DNA from: Clostridia bacterium
GTDB lineage: Bacteria > Bacillota > Clostridia > Christensenellales > QALW01
Assembly (NCBI GenBank): GCA_017516345.1
Contig: JAFXDC010000065.1
Location: 481-64,480 of the forward strand
Direction of reading: 5' to 3'
DNA length: 64,000 bases
Under the pieces are notes generated by a model that saw only the letters and a program-made list of their open reading frames with translations, searched no databases and was not told the origin of the DNA. The position numbers and the translations under genes are program-made. Below are positions 44,530-54,552 of this stretch, one piece after another. Positions within the stretch are counted from its first letter, which is position 1; each line of letters begins with the position of its first letter.

Positions 44530-45963
44530 TTAGATGTCATCCGTTCCAAGCAAGTCTTTCATGCATTGATCCAATAAAACGGGATTGGCATTGCCGTGGC
44601 TTAACCCCATGGCCTTTCCGAGGATGGCCTTATATGCGGTAAGCTTGCCACCGCGAAGGTCGCTTACGGCCTTTTGAGATTGCATAATGGCTTTTTCACA
44701 GATGCCTTTTAGGGTGTCGATATCGTTTATTTGCACAAGAGAGTTGTCGGTTACGTATTTGCGGGGGTCGGTATCGGTACCCCACAAAAGGCTCACAAGC
44801 TTTTTTTCGGTGGAACGGTTTATGATCCCCTCATTTGCCATTTGCGCAATGCATATAAGCTGATCGGGAGAAAGCCTTATTTCGTCATCGTCGCCTTGAA
44901 GCATGCGGAAGACCTCGCCGGTAAGGAGATTTGCCACTCCCTCGCAATCGCTGCACCTTTCAATGACAGCCTGAAAATAATCCGAAATATATTTGCTTGA
45001 TGCTATCATTTCTGCGCTTGAGCTTTTTATGCCCAGAGCGATATAACTGCTCTTGCGCTCATCGGGAAGGATGGGAAGACCCTCCTTGAGGCGGGAAACG
45101 TGCTCGATGGATATTTCAAGGGGCGGAATATCGGGCTCGGGGAAATATCGGTAGTCGTTTGCTTGCTCCTTTGTGCGCATAAGCTCGGTCCTGCCCGTGG
45201 CCTGGTCGTATCTTCTTGTTTCGGGTAATACTGTCCCGCCTCTTTCGTAAAGCTCGCACTGGCGGTCAAATTCGTATTGGATGGCCTTTACTATAAAGGA
45301 AAATGAGTTCATATTTTTTATCTCGCATCTCTCGCCAAGGGCGGTGCTTCCTTTTTTTCTGACCGAGATATTAACGTCGCACCTCAGGGAGCCCTCGTTC
45401 ATTTTGCAATCGGATATGCCAAGATAAAGCATGATGCAACGTAGCTTTTGCAGATATCCCCGTGCCTGCTCGGCGCTTTTTATATCGGGTCTGCTTACCA
45501 CCTCTATAAGAGGGACGCCGCAACGGTTGTAGTCTATCCCGGTGCAGTCCTTTTCGTGAACGAGCTTTCCCGCATCCTCCTCCAGATGTATGCGCTCTAT
45601 CCCTATTCTGGATATCTCTCCGTCTGTCTCTACGTCAATGTAGCCGTCGGTGCAAAGGGGCATATCGTATTGCGATATCTGATAGGCCTTTGGAAGATCG
45701 GGATAAAAGTAATTCTTTCTGTCGAATTTGGTTAAGGAGGCTATTTTGCAGTTAGTGGCAAGTCCTGCAAGAATGGCGTAATCAAGCGCGGCCCTGTTAA
45801 GCGTGGGAAGGGTGCCGGGCATTCCGGTGCAAACAGGACAAATATTGGTGTTTGGTGCATCTCCGAATTTTGTGGAGCACCCACAGAATATCTTGCTTTG
45901 GGTCTTAAGCTCGATATGGGTCTCAAGCCCTACCGTCATTTCGTATTTTTCGCTGTAATTCAC
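44530..45963 (-). CDS. gatB: Asp/Glu-tRNA amidotransferase subunit B
   Basis: 477 aa. 'YEMTVGLETHIELKT.SKIFC', 'RCDVNISV' and C-terminal YqeY-like tail. Confidence 0.95.
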   Translation of the reverse strand: MNYSEKYEMTVGLETHIELKTQSKIFCGCSTKFGDAPNTNICPVCTGMPGTLPTLNRAALDYAILAGLATNCKIASLTKFDRKNYFYPDLPKAYQISQYDMPLCTDGYIDVETDGEISRIGIERIHLEEDAGKLVHEKDCTGIDYNRCGVPLIEVVSRPDIKSAEQARGYLQKLRCIMLYLGISDCKMNEGSLRCDVNISVRKKGSTALGERCEIKNMNSFSFIVKAIQYEFDRQCELYERGGTVLPETRRYDQATGRTELMRTKEQANDYRYFPEPDIPPLEISIEHVSRLKEGLPILPDERKSSYIALGIKSSSAEMIASSKYISDYFQAVIERCSDCEGVANLLTGEVFRMLQGDDDEIRLSPDQLICIAQMANEGIINRSTEKKLVSLLWGTDTDPRKYVTDNSLVQINDIDTLKGICEKAIMQSQKAVSDLRGGKLTAYKAILGKAMGLSHGNANPVLLDQCMKDLLGTDDI

Positions 45964-47384
45964 CTCGTGCCTCCTTTGAGAGCTTGCTCTAAGGCGTAGC
46001 CCACGCGATAAAGAGCCTGCTCATTAAAGCTGTTTGCCATAAGCTGGAGTTCCATGGGTACGCCGTTTGAGTCGGTTCCGCACGGCAATGACATGGCGGG
46101 CAAGCCTGTTATATTTGCAATAACGGTGCAGATGTCGTTTTTATATGTATCTGCTCCCTGAAAACCGCATTCCCACGATATGTTGGGCGATACGGGACAA
46201 AGCAGACAGTCAAGATCCTTAAATACGCGTGAGAGTGTACTTTTGATCTCGTTGCGTATTGCCAATGCCTTAAGATAGTATGCGCTTCTGTTTTCGGCGC
46301 TTAAGACGTATCCGCCAAGCAACAGTCTGCGTTTTACCTCTGTGCCGAAGCCTTCAGATCTGCTCTTTGTGTAAAGAGAAGAGAGTGTTGTGCGATCGGG
46401 TGCGCTATAACCGTAGCGCACACCGTCGTATCGGGCAAGATTACTGGATGCCTCTGCGGATGATATAACGTAGTAGGCCCATAAGCACTTGCTTATTTCG
46501 GGAACGGATATCTCCTCTACGGTGCCGCCAAGCTTGGATATCATCGCGGCGGCATTTGTTATGCTCAGCCTTGTTTGACTGTCCGCGATATCGGTAAGCT
46601 CCCTTATCACCGCTATGCGCATTCCTTGTATGCCTTGAGAGAGCGCATGTACAAGATCTGCGCTTTGCTCGCTTGACGTGGAGTCCATTGCGTCCTTGCC
46701 GCAGAGCTGCTCAAGCACTGTGGCACTGTCGGTAACGTCCTTTGTAAGTACGCCTATCTGGTCAAGGGAGGAGGCAAAGGCTATAAGACCGTACCGTGAT
46801 ATTCTTCCGTAAGTAGGCTTTACGCCAACCACACCGTTGAAGGCGGCGGGCAAGCGCACCGAGCCCCCCGTATCGCTTCCAAGAGCAAATGCGCAAGCAC
46901 CCGTAGCAACGGCGACCGCACTTCCTCCCGAGCTTCCGCCTGCCGAGCGTTGCTCGTTAAAGGGATTTATCACCTTGCCGAAATAACCCGTATCGCTGGA
47001 GCTTCCCATTCCAAACTCATCCATATTGGTCTTTCCTATAAGCACCCCACCCGCAGAATGAATATGTCGGATCGCCGTGGCGTCGTATACGGGCAGATGC
47101 TCCGCAAGCATTTTTGAGGCACAAGTGGTAAGGATGCCCTTGGTGCAGATATTATCCTTTGCCGCATAGGGGATGCCGAAAAGAGGGAAGGCCTTGCGGT
47201 CTTCTCTTATGCGGTCAAGCGCCATTGCACGCTCGAGTGCTTGCTCACCCGTAACGGTAATATATGCGTTATATGGGTCAGCCTGAGCGTTTTTTATATA
47301 GGCCTCTGCTATCTCAAGACAGGATAGTCCGTCCCTTTGAAGAGAAGCAAGCTCGGTTATAGTACGTTTTGTAATGTAGGACAT
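45960..47384 (-). CDS. gatA: Asp/Glu-tRNA amidotransferase subunit A
   Basis: 474 aa. Amidase signature 'GGSSGGSAVAVA...GSDTGGSVRLPA'. Overlaps gatB by 4 nt. Confidence 0.95.
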   Translation of the reverse strand: MSYITKRTITELASLQRDGLSCLEIAEAYIKNAQADPYNAYITVTGEQALERAMALDRIREDRKAFPLFGIPYAAKDNICTKGILTTCASKMLAEHLPVYDATAIRHIHSAGGVLIGKTNMDEFGMGSSSDTGYFGKVINPFNEQRSAGGSSGGSAVAVATGACAFALGSDTGGSVRLPAAFNGVVGVKPTYGRISRYGLIAFASSLDQIGVLTKDVTDSATVLEQLCGKDAMDSTSSEQSADLVHALSQGIQGMRIAVIRELTDIADSQTRLSITNAAAMISKLGGTVEEISVPEISKCLWAYYVISSAEASSNLARYDGVRYGYSAPDRTTLSSLYTKSRSEGFGTEVKRRLLLGGYVLSAENRSAYYLKALAIRNEIKSTLSRVFKDLDCLLCPVSPNISWECGFQGADTYKNDICTVIANITGLPAMSLPCGTDSNGVPMELQLMANSFNEQALYRVGYALEQALKGGTR

Positions 47385-47415
47385 ATTGCTTCCTTTGTTT
47401 GATAATTATTATAGA

Positions 47416-47676
47416 CTAAACGGTTTTTGGAACCAAGACGTAATCGTCGGCAGCTTTTGGTGCAAGACTGAGAATTTCCTTTTGCAGATGGCTTGAATGC
47501 GCCTCGTCCTGCCTTGTTACGTTTCTTTGATCGCTGATATGTACGCAAGGCTCAAAAGCCGTATCGGGGGAGTAGGAGTTGATGAAATCTATAGCCTCCG
47601 AAAGATCTGCGCCATGCGAGCTTTCATTGGGGTCAAGCATGGTAAGCCTGTAAAGCCTTTTATCCTGATCTGTCAT
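47416..47676 (-). CDS. gatC: Asp/Glu-tRNA amidotransferase subunit C
   Basis: 86 aa. Position upstream of gatA and C-terminal '...NVTRQDE....LAPKAADDYVLVPK' pattern. Confidence 0.8.
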   Translation of the reverse strand: MTDQDKRLYRLTMLDPNESSHGADLSEAIDFINSYSPDTAFEPCVHISDQRNVTRQDEAHSSHLQKEILSLAPKAADDYVLVPKTV

Positions 47677-47842
47677 ATTGACGGCTCCTTTGGTTGATTT
47701 ATATAGAATAATACGGTTTTATTATATTTGTCTGAATTGTCTTTGTCAATATTATATTTATTTTTGTCAATTGCGTTGCTTTTTTTACCGATATGTGCGA
47801 CAATATATTCATAACAAAAGTGCATCTTTAAAAGGAGAAAAA

Positions 47843-48472
47843 ATGCAGTATACGCATATTGTGTGGGACTGGAACGGTACCCTGTTTGATGATCTTGAAT
47901 ACAGCCTTAAATGCATAAATACCTTGCTTGCAAGATACGGTCTTGAGAACCTTACGGTAAGCAGATACCACGATGTGTTTGGCTTTCCTATAAGTGAATA
48001 TTATAAACGAATAGGCTTTGATTTTGATAAGGTACCCTACAGCGCTTTGGCAAAGGAATATATGGATATATATATTCCCGGGAGCATGCATTGCCCACTT
48101 AGATCCGATGCGCAGCAGACCGTGGACAGGCTTAAGGAAAACGGGTACGTCAATATCGTGCTGTCTGCCTCCAAGGAGGGATATCTCCTTCGGCAGGCGG
48201 AGGCGGCGGGCTTGAAAAATATATATAAGTATTACGGAATAGATAATATCCACGCCGCGGGCAAGGAGGATATTGCGCGCAAGCTGAGGGAGGACCTCAA
48301 GGATGCGAGCGTTTTGTTTGTCGGGGATACCGTTCACGATAAAGCTGCGGCAACCGCCGCAGGAGCAGACTGCATCTTTGTGGGCGGAGGGCATAACGCC
48401 GCGGAAAAGCTAAAAGACCACGGCTTGGTCTTTGACAGCCTTAAGCAGGTTGCAGATTGGCTGTTAAAATAG
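47843..48472 (+). CDS. HAD-superfamily phosphatase (phosphoglycolate phosphatase-like)
   Basis: ORF 47678-48472, ATG 47843 behind AAAGGAG. 'IVWDWNGTLFDD' (DxD motif I), 'LSAS' and 'VGDTVHD'. Confidence 0.8.
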   Translation: MQYTHIVWDWNGTLFDDLEYSLKCINTLLARYGLENLTVSRYHDVFGFPISEYYKRIGFDFDKVPYSALAKEYMDIYIPGSMHCPLRSDAQQTVDRLKENGYVNIVLSASKEGYLLRQAEAAGLKNIYKYYGIDNIHAAGKEDIARKLREDLKDASVLFVGDTVHDKAAATAAGADCIFVGGGHNAAEKLKDHGLVFDSLKQVADWLLK

Positions 48473-48622
48473 ATATTTCCGAGCTTTTTACACCGAAACC
48501 GTTACGCAATTGGACATTTGTCAGTGCTTTTGATGGCTATTTATTGCAATTTTACAAACAGTTAACTGCGAAATAAGGCATTAATAACAACTTTTTTCAA
48601 TAAAAATAATAAAATGACGGAA

Positions 48623-48667
48623 TTTTTGCAAATTCTTCTTGCAAAAATACGCTAAAGCAAGTAAAAT
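48623..48667 (+). promoter_or_regulatory. Promoter with overlapping 9-bp inverted repeat (candidate RpiR autoregulatory operator)
   Basis: tttttgcaa (48623-48631) / ttgcaaaaa (48639-48647). TTGCAA (48639-48644), 17-nt spacer, TAAAAT (48662-48667). Confidence 0.5.
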
Positions 48668-48719
48668 AGGAGAGGTCTTGTTTTTCTTATGATTATTATT
48701 GTTTGGAGATGTGTTACTA

Positions 48720-49577
48720 ATGAAAAAAACCGAGCTTACCGAAAAAATAGAAGAAAAATATAAAAAGATGAGTAAGGGCCACAAGCGTATTGCGGACTAT
48801 ATTACTCAGAATTACGATAAAGCGGCATTCATGACTGCCAATAAGCTGGGTAACAAGGTGGGAGTAAGCGAATCCACCGTTGTTCGCTTTGCAGATAGCC
48901 TCGGCTACGACGGCTACCCCCATCTGCAAAGAGCCATTCAGGACGTTATCAGAAATAAGCTTACCACCGTTCAGCTTATTGAGATGACGGGGGAGCTCAG
49001 CGACCAGGAGGTGCTATCCAAGGTCTTAAAAAGCGATATGGAAAACATTCGTAATACTCTTGCCGAAATAGACCCTCAGGTCTTTGATGAGGTGGTATCC
49101 TCCATTCTTAAAGCCGATAAGGTGTATATAATGGGTATGCGCTCCGCTGCTCCCCTTGCTCAGTTCATGGGCTATTATATGGATTTTATGATGCGTAACG
49201 TATGTACCGTCAACTCGGGCATAAGTGACGTTTTTGAGCAGCTGATCCACATTTCGGATAAGGATGTGTTTATCGGGATCAGCTTCCCCAGGTACTCCAA
49301 CCGAACCATTGATGGTATGCGCTTTGCCTCATCGCGTGGGGCAAAATGCATTGCGATCACCGATGGCACCGCTTCACCGCTTTGTCAGCTCAGCGACGTG
49401 GCGCTTTGCGCAAAAAGCAATATGACAAGCTTTGTTGATTCCCTTGTGGCTCCCGTTTCCGTGGTAAATGCACTTATAGTTGCCATCGGACTTAAGCGAA
49501 AGGATGAAATGCGCCTAAGCTTTGGGGAGCTTGAAAAGATATGGATAGAGCATAACGTATATGCCGGCGGTAAATAA
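48720..49577 (+). CDS. MurR/RpiR-family transcriptional regulator (HTH + SIS domain)
   Basis: ORF 48699-49577, ATG 48720. 'MSKGHKRIADYI...TANKLGNKVGVSESTVVRFADSLGYDGY' HTH_6-like domain, then a SIS domain. Confidence 0.85.
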   Translation: MKKTELTEKIEEKYKKMSKGHKRIADYITQNYDKAAFMTANKLGNKVGVSESTVVRFADSLGYDGYPHLQRAIQDVIRNKLTTVQLIEMTGELSDQEVLSKVLKSDMENIRNTLAEIDPQVFDEVVSSILKADKVYIMGMRSAAPLAQFMGYYMDFMMRNVCTVNSGISDVFEQLIHISDKDVFIGISFPRYSNRTIDGMRFASSRGAKCIAITDGTASPLCQLSDVALCAKSNMTSFVDSLVAPVSVVNALIVAIGLKRKDEMRLSFGELEKIWIEHNVYAGGK

Positions 49578-50821
49578 TGAATATTATTGTTATAGGTGGC
49601 GGCGCGGCGGGCATGATGGCGGCTGCGCAGGCGGCCATGTGCGGAGCAAGCGTCACTTTAATTGAAAAAAACGAAAAAACGGGTAAGAAGATATATATTA
49701 CGGGCAAGGGCAGATGTAACGTAACAAACGACTGCTCCGAGGCAGAGCTTCTTGAAAACGTGGTAAGGAATCCAAGGTTTCTCTACAGCGCCGTCAACAG
49801 CTTTAACTCCGAGGACCTTAAGAATTACATTGAAGCAAACGGCGTGCCGCTTAAGGTGGAAAGAGGTAACCGCGTCTTTCCCGTAAGTGATAAGTCCAGT
49901 GATATTATAAAGGCGCTTAACAGGGGTATGGAAAATGCGGGAGTTAAGGTCCTGCTCAACACCGAGGTCAAGCGGCTTATCATTGATAACTGTTCTGCCT
50001 GCGGAGTGCTTACCTCAAGAGGGGAAATGCGTGCCGATGCGGTGATTTTAACCACAGGCGGGTGCTCATATCCGCAAACAGGCTCGGACGGTAAGGGCTT
50101 TGAGCTTGCCCGTCAGGCGGGGCATACGGTCACCAAGCTTACTCCCGCGCTCGTGCCCATAAACACAAGCGACTCTTTTCTTCCCGAGCTTCAGGGCCTT
50201 TCGCTTAAAAACGTAAGGCTTTGCGCTCAAAAGGGCAAGAAGCTGCTGTTTTCTCAGCAGGGCGAGATGCTGTTTACTCATTTTGGGATCTCGGGACCGT
50301 TGGTGCTCACCATGAGCAGCACTGTGCCTTGTGAGCTTATCTCGGAGCTTGACGTCTATATCGACCTAAAGCCCGCGCTTAGCATGGAGCAGCTTGACAG
50401 CCGTATAATAAAGGATATGCTCTCGTGCGGCAATAAACGCTTTAAAAATTCCCTTACGGGGCTTGCTCCGTCAGCCCTTCAGGGAGTATTGGTATCTCTG
50501 TCGGGGATCGATCCAAACAAAAGGGCGGATCAGCTCTCCCGCGAGGAAAGAACTCGACTTGCAAGCCTCTTTAAGCATTTTACGTTAAATGTCTCCTCAT
50601 TCAGAGGCTTTAACGAGGCCATTATCACCAGGGGCGGAGTGGAGCTTAAGGAAATAAACAGCTCGACCATGGAGTCTAAAATTACAAAAGGACTGTATTT
50701 TGCGGGCGAAATGCTGGATACCGACGCTTTTACCGGCGGGTTTAATTTGCAGATAGCATTTTCTACCGGATATCTTGCAGGCGTCAGTGCCGCGCAAAGC
50801 ATTGGAGGATATAATGGTTAA
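49577..50821 (+). CDS. HI0933/BaiN-like FAD-dependent oxidoreductase
   Basis: 414 aa. 'IIVIGGGAAGMMAA' dinucleotide fold, 'TGKGRCNVTN' and C-terminal 'GLYFAGEMLDTDAFTGGFNLQIAFSTG'. Confidence 0.7.
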   Translation: MNIIVIGGGAAGMMAAAQAAMCGASVTLIEKNEKTGKKIYITGKGRCNVTNDCSEAELLENVVRNPRFLYSAVNSFNSEDLKNYIEANGVPLKVERGNRVFPVSDKSSDIIKALNRGMENAGVKVLLNTEVKRLIIDNCSACGVLTSRGEMRADAVILTTGGCSYPQTGSDGKGFELARQAGHTVTKLTPALVPINTSDSFLPELQGLSLKNVRLCAQKGKKLLFSQQGEMLFTHFGISGPLVLTMSSTVPCELISELDVYIDLKPALSMEQLDSRIIKDMLSCGNKRFKNSLTGLAPSALQGVLVSLSGIDPNKRADQLSREERTRLASLFKHFTLNVSSFRGFNEAIITRGGVELKEINSSTMESKITKGLYFAGEMLDTDAFTGGFNLQIAFSTGYLAGVSAAQSIGGYNG

Positions 50822-51230
50822 TATTGCAGGTAGCAAGGAAATAGCAAGAGCCGCGGTGCTTATGAGCATGACTCAAAGCCGCGATGAGGAGCGAGAGCTG
50901 AAAAAGGAAAACCTCGATAATGACATTTATTCCGCCGCAGTGGATTGTGGCGGTGAATTCATTACCTCGATGAGCAAGTTTGTCGAGCGTGCCGTTGTTG
51001 CAGCAAAGCGGGAGGGAATAATAACCGATGGTCATACACAGGAGGGTGCCATTGCGGGCGCGGCTCACGAGGCTCTCAGTCAGATAAGCTCCAAGGCGAT
51101 CGGCCTTTCCGTGGGTGGTAAGATAGGTATTGCCCGCAAGGGGGATCACGTAGCGGTGGCTGTTTACTTTGCGATAGGTCTTTTGCATCTTAACGACGTT
51201 GCAATAGGGCTTGGACATCGCGCTATATAA
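50814..51230 (+). CDS. HutP-family protein (putative RNA-binding regulator)
   Basis: ATG 50814 behind GGAGGA (138 aa). The C-terminal 'HVAVAVYFAIGLLHLNDVAIGLGHRAI' resembles the Bacillus HutP C-terminus '...IAVSLYGTIG...FGVGINHI' as I recall it. Confidence 0.5.
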   Translation: MVNIAGSKEIARAAVLMSMTQSRDEERELKKENLDNDIYSAAVDCGGEFITSMSKFVERAVVAAKREGIITDGHTQEGAIAGAAHEALSQISSKAIGLSVGGKIGIARKGDHVAVAVYFAIGLLHLNDVAIGLGHRAI

Positions 51231-51249
51231 TACTGTTTCGGAGGTAAAT

Positions 51250-51909
51250 ATGGGTATTTTTCATATTGCTTTGGATGGCCCGTCCGGTGCGGGAAAAAGC
51301 ACTGTAGCCAAGGCCATTGCCAAAAAGCTTGATATTGCATATCTTGATACGGGTGCAATGTACCGTACCGTAGGGCTTTATATGTATGAAAACAACGTGG
51401 AAATATCTCCCGTTGCCGTAAAGGAGGCTCTTTCCGGATGCGAGATAGAGGTCTGCTATAACGGCGGAGAGCAGATAATGCTGCTTGGCGGCAGAAATGT
51501 AAATAAAGAGATCAGGGAGCACCACGTTTCCTCTCTTGCCTCCAGGGTGTCGGCAATTCCCTGTGTAAGGGAGTACCTTGTGGCTCTTCAGCAAAGGATC
51601 GCCGAGGGCAGAAGCTTTGTTCTTGACGGAAGAGATATCGGTACCTGTGTTTTGCCCGGGGCAAAATATAAATTTTTCTTAACTGCGACTGCCGGCGAGA
51701 GAGCCCGTCGCAGATGTGCTGAGCTTGAGCAAAAGGGTACGCCTATTGCGTTTGAGCAGGTTCTTGCGGATATTGAAAAAAGGGATTACGACGATTCACA
51801 CCGCGAGATCTCTCCGCTTCGTAAGGCGGAGGATGCCATAGTGGTGGATAGCACCGACATGGATGCACAGCAGGTGATAGACTATATTGTCGGTCTCATT
51901 AAGGAGTAG
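51250..51909 (+). CDS. cmk: Cytidylate kinase
   Basis: ATG 51250 behind GGAGGT. 'IALDGPSGAGKSTVAK..A..L...YLDTGAMYR'. Confidence 0.9.
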   Translation: MGIFHIALDGPSGAGKSTVAKAIAKKLDIAYLDTGAMYRTVGLYMYENNVEISPVAVKEALSGCEIEVCYNGGEQIMLLGGRNVNKEIREHHVSSLASRVSAIPCVREYLVALQQRIAEGRSFVLDGRDIGTCVLPGAKYKFFLTATAGERARRRCAELEQKGTPIAFEQVLADIEKRDYDDSHREISPLRKAEDAIVVDSTDMDAQQVIDYIVGLIKE

Positions 51910-51911
51910 CT

Positions 51912-52526
51912 TTGTTTTATAAGATAATGAAGGCGGTAATAACCGCAATTTCATATATAATTATGCCCGTAAGGGTCTATGGCAAGGAAAGGCTTGCAAG
52001 AGAGGGAGGCTACATCCTTGCTTGCAATCATTTGACCATGCTTGATATTCCGGCGCTTGTAATTGCCAATGAAAGATGTATTCGCTTTATGGCAAAGGCG
52101 GTGCTTTATAAAAACGGCATCATCAAGTGGATATTTGATAAAATGGGTGCATTTCCCGTGGATACCGAAAACGTGGATTTTAAGGCGGTCAGAAACGCGC
52201 TCAAGGTCATAAAGAGCAAAGAGGTGCTTGGAATATTCCCTCAGGGCACAAGAATGAAGGGGAGACCTGTGGTAAAAAGGGAGGATCTCCTTAGCGGTGC
52301 GGCATTCGTTGCTCTGCAGACCGGTGCCGACATCATCCCGTGTGTCTTTGAAGGGGACCCAAAGCTCTTTAGAGTCTGCCGCTTGCATATCGGTGATCCC
52401 ATCTCTCTTGCGGAGTACAAGGGGGTCAAAAAGGACCGTAAGGCTCTTGAAGAGGTAAGCGATAAAATATATAAGGGCATGTCTGACGCAATGCCGCAAA
52501 GGATAAAGGATAAGTATCAAGCATGA
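51912..52526 (+). CDS. plsC: 1-acyl-sn-glycerol-3-phosphate acyltransferase
   Basis: 204 aa. 'NHLTMLD' (HX4D) and 'FPQGTR'. The start may be TTG 51912 or ATG 51927. Confidence 0.8.
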   Translation: MFYKIMKAVITAISYIIMPVRVYGKERLAREGGYILACNHLTMLDIPALVIANERCIRFMAKAVLYKNGIIKWIFDKMGAFPVDTENVDFKAVRNALKVIKSKEVLGIFPQGTRMKGRPVVKREDLLSGAAFVALQTGADIIPCVFEGDPKLFRVCRLHIGDPISLAEYKGVKKDRKALEEVSDKIYKGMSDAMPQRIKDKYQA

Positions 52527-54484
52527 AGATCATAGTAGCAAAGAGCGCGGGCTTCTGCTTTGGAGTCCGTCGCGCAGTGGGTATCGTGGAGGAAAGCATT
52601 CCAAAATATAAAAGCCTGTGTACCCTTGGACCGATAATACATAATCCTCAGGTGGTCAGCTCCTTTGAGGATCAGGGTGTATTTGCGGCAGCTTCGGTTG
52701 ATGAAGTAAATACCGAGGCGGTCATTATAAGGTCGCACGGGTGCGGCAAAAAAATTAAGGAAGCACTTGAAAATAAGGGCGTCAAGATAATTGACGCAAC
52801 CTGTCCCTTTGTTAGGAAAATTCAACGTACGGTTGAGGTGGCACATAAGGAAAATAAGCATATCGTTATAGTCGGAGAGGAAGAACACCCCGAGGTCGTG
52901 GGTATAAATGGCTACTGTGACGGTACTGCAACCGTCATAAACAGCCTTGAAGAGGCAAAAAATATAGAAAAAAGTGAAAAAATCATATGTTTGGTGGCTC
53001 AAACCACAACAAATTTAAAAAAATGGCAAATAATTGTTGAATTTCTTTTGAAAAAGGGTTATAATGTAGAGGTGCATAATACCATATGCTCTGCGACCGA
53101 GGAAAGACAGACCGAAGCGGCTGTCTTGGCAAGGAAATGTCAGACTATGGTGGTCATCGGCGGCAGTCAAAGCTCTAACACTAAAAAGCTTTATCAGATC
53201 TGCAAGGCCGTTCAAGATCGAACCTATGTAATCGAGAGCTCGAAAGAGCTTGAGAAAATCAATATAAATAAAAACAATATCATAGGGATATCAGCAGGTG
53301 CGTCTACACCTGACTGGGTAATTAAGGAGGTTGTAACAACAATGAGCGAACTGGATAAGCTCGAGACACAGGATTCTGACTTTATTGAGGAGATGGCAAA
53401 AACACTTGTCAGAATCAAACCCGGACAACAGATCAAGGGAACGGTAATCTATGTTGACGATTTCGAGGTGGGCGTTAACATAGGGTATAAATCAGACGGA
53501 TTTATATCAAAAGAGAATCTTACCATCCAGGGCGATGTGGATCCAAGAGAGGTCGTAAAGCCCGGCGAGGAGATCGAGGTCGAAGTACTGAAGGTAAACG
53601 ACGGTAGCGGCAATGTGATCCTTTCCAAAAAGGCAATCGAGGAGCGTCTGCTTAAAGACGAGGCGCTTAATAAAATAAGCACCGGAGAGCCTTTTGAAGT
53701 CACCGTAAAGGAGGCAGTTAAGGGCGGTCTTATGGCTCAATTGGACGGAATACACGTCTTTATTCCCGCGTCACAGATCCGTGTTAAGGGTTTTGTTAAA
53801 GATCTTACCAAGTTTGTTGGACAGACCTTTACCGTAACTTCTCTTGAGGTGGATACCAAGAAGCGCAGAGTAGTGGCTTCCCGCTCCGCCATCCTTGCTA
53901 AGGAGCAGGCAGAGAAGGCTGAAAAATTCTGGGGCAGCATCGCAGAGGGCGACGTTGTTAAGGGAATCGTTCGCAGAATAACCGATTTCGGTGCTTTTGT
54001 TGATATCGGCGGTTATGACGGACTTCTCCACATCAGCGACGTAGCTTGGCACCGCGTTTCCAAGGTAAACGAGTGCCTTAACATTAACGATGAGATCGAG
54101 GTTAAGGTTCTTTCTCTCAACAGAGAAAAGGAGCTCATTTCTCTTGGCCTTAAACAGCTTCAGCCCAAGCCTTGGGAGACTGCAGAGGAGAGATTTGCGC
54201 AGGGTACCGTTGTTAACGGAACCGTAGTTCGCATTGCTTCCTTTGGCGCTTTTGTAAATATTGCCCCCGGCATTGACGGTATGGTACATATTTCCGAGAT
54301 CGTTAACCGCTATATCAAGAAGGTCGACGAGGTCCTTAAGGTTGGCGATCAGGTCGAGGCAGTTGTTCTTGCTTGTGATGCCGCTAACAAGCGCATCAGC
54401 CTTAGCATTAAGGCACTTGCTGAGGATGAGGAGATAGCCGAGGAGGAGCTCACCGACGTTGAGCCCATCGAGGACGCAGAGTAA
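52523..54484 (+). CDS. ispH: Bifunctional IspH (HMBPP reductase) :: ribosomal protein S1-like (four S1 domains)
   Basis: 653 aa. The N-terminal ~280 aa are LytB/IspH-like ('GFCFGVRRAV', 'HNPQVV', 'DATCPFV', 'ICSATEERQ'), followed by four S1 OB-fold repeats ('G.V.....FGAFV.I'). Confidence 0.85.
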   Translation: MKIIVAKSAGFCFGVRRAVGIVEESIPKYKSLCTLGPIIHNPQVVSSFEDQGVFAAASVDEVNTEAVIIRSHGCGKKIKEALENKGVKIIDATCPFVRKIQRTVEVAHKENKHIVIVGEEEHPEVVGINGYCDGTATVINSLEEAKNIEKSEKIICLVAQTTTNLKKWQIIVEFLLKKGYNVEVHNTICSATEERQTEAAVLARKCQTMVVIGGSQSSNTKKLYQICKAVQDRTYVIESSKELEKININKNNIIGISAGASTPDWVIKEVVTTMSELDKLETQDSDFIEEMAKTLVRIKPGQQIKGTVIYVDDFEVGVNIGYKSDGFISKENLTIQGDVDPREVVKPGEEIEVEVLKVNDGSGNVILSKKAIEERLLKDEALNKISTGEPFEVTVKEAVKGGLMAQLDGIHVFIPASQIRVKGFVKDLTKFVGQTFTVTSLEVDTKKRRVVASRSAILAKEQAEKAEKFWGSIAEGDVVKGIVRRITDFGAFVDIGGYDGLLHISDVAWHRVSKVNECLNINDEIEVKVLSLNREKELISLGLKQLQPKPWETAEERFAQGTVVNGTVVRIASFGAFVNIAPGIDGMVHISEIVNRYIKKVDEVLKVGDQVEAVVLACDAANKRISLSIKALAEDEEIAEEELTDVEPIEDAE

Positions 54485-54496
54485 TTTCAAATAATA

Positions 54497-54532
54497 AAAA
54501 AGCGTTTATCAAATTTGATAAGCGCTTTTTTT
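54497..54532. terminator. Bidirectional terminator (ispH-S1 / potD)
   Basis: aaaaagcgtttatcaaa / tttgataagcgcttttttt. Confidence 0.75.
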
Positions 54533-54552
54533 ACGTTCGTTAAACTAAGGGA

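Noticed and set aside
52523-54484. IspH-S1 fusion as a novelty
   Set aside because: The fusion is real in the sequence, but as far as I recall this architecture is already common in Clostridia annotations, so it is listed as a feature only.
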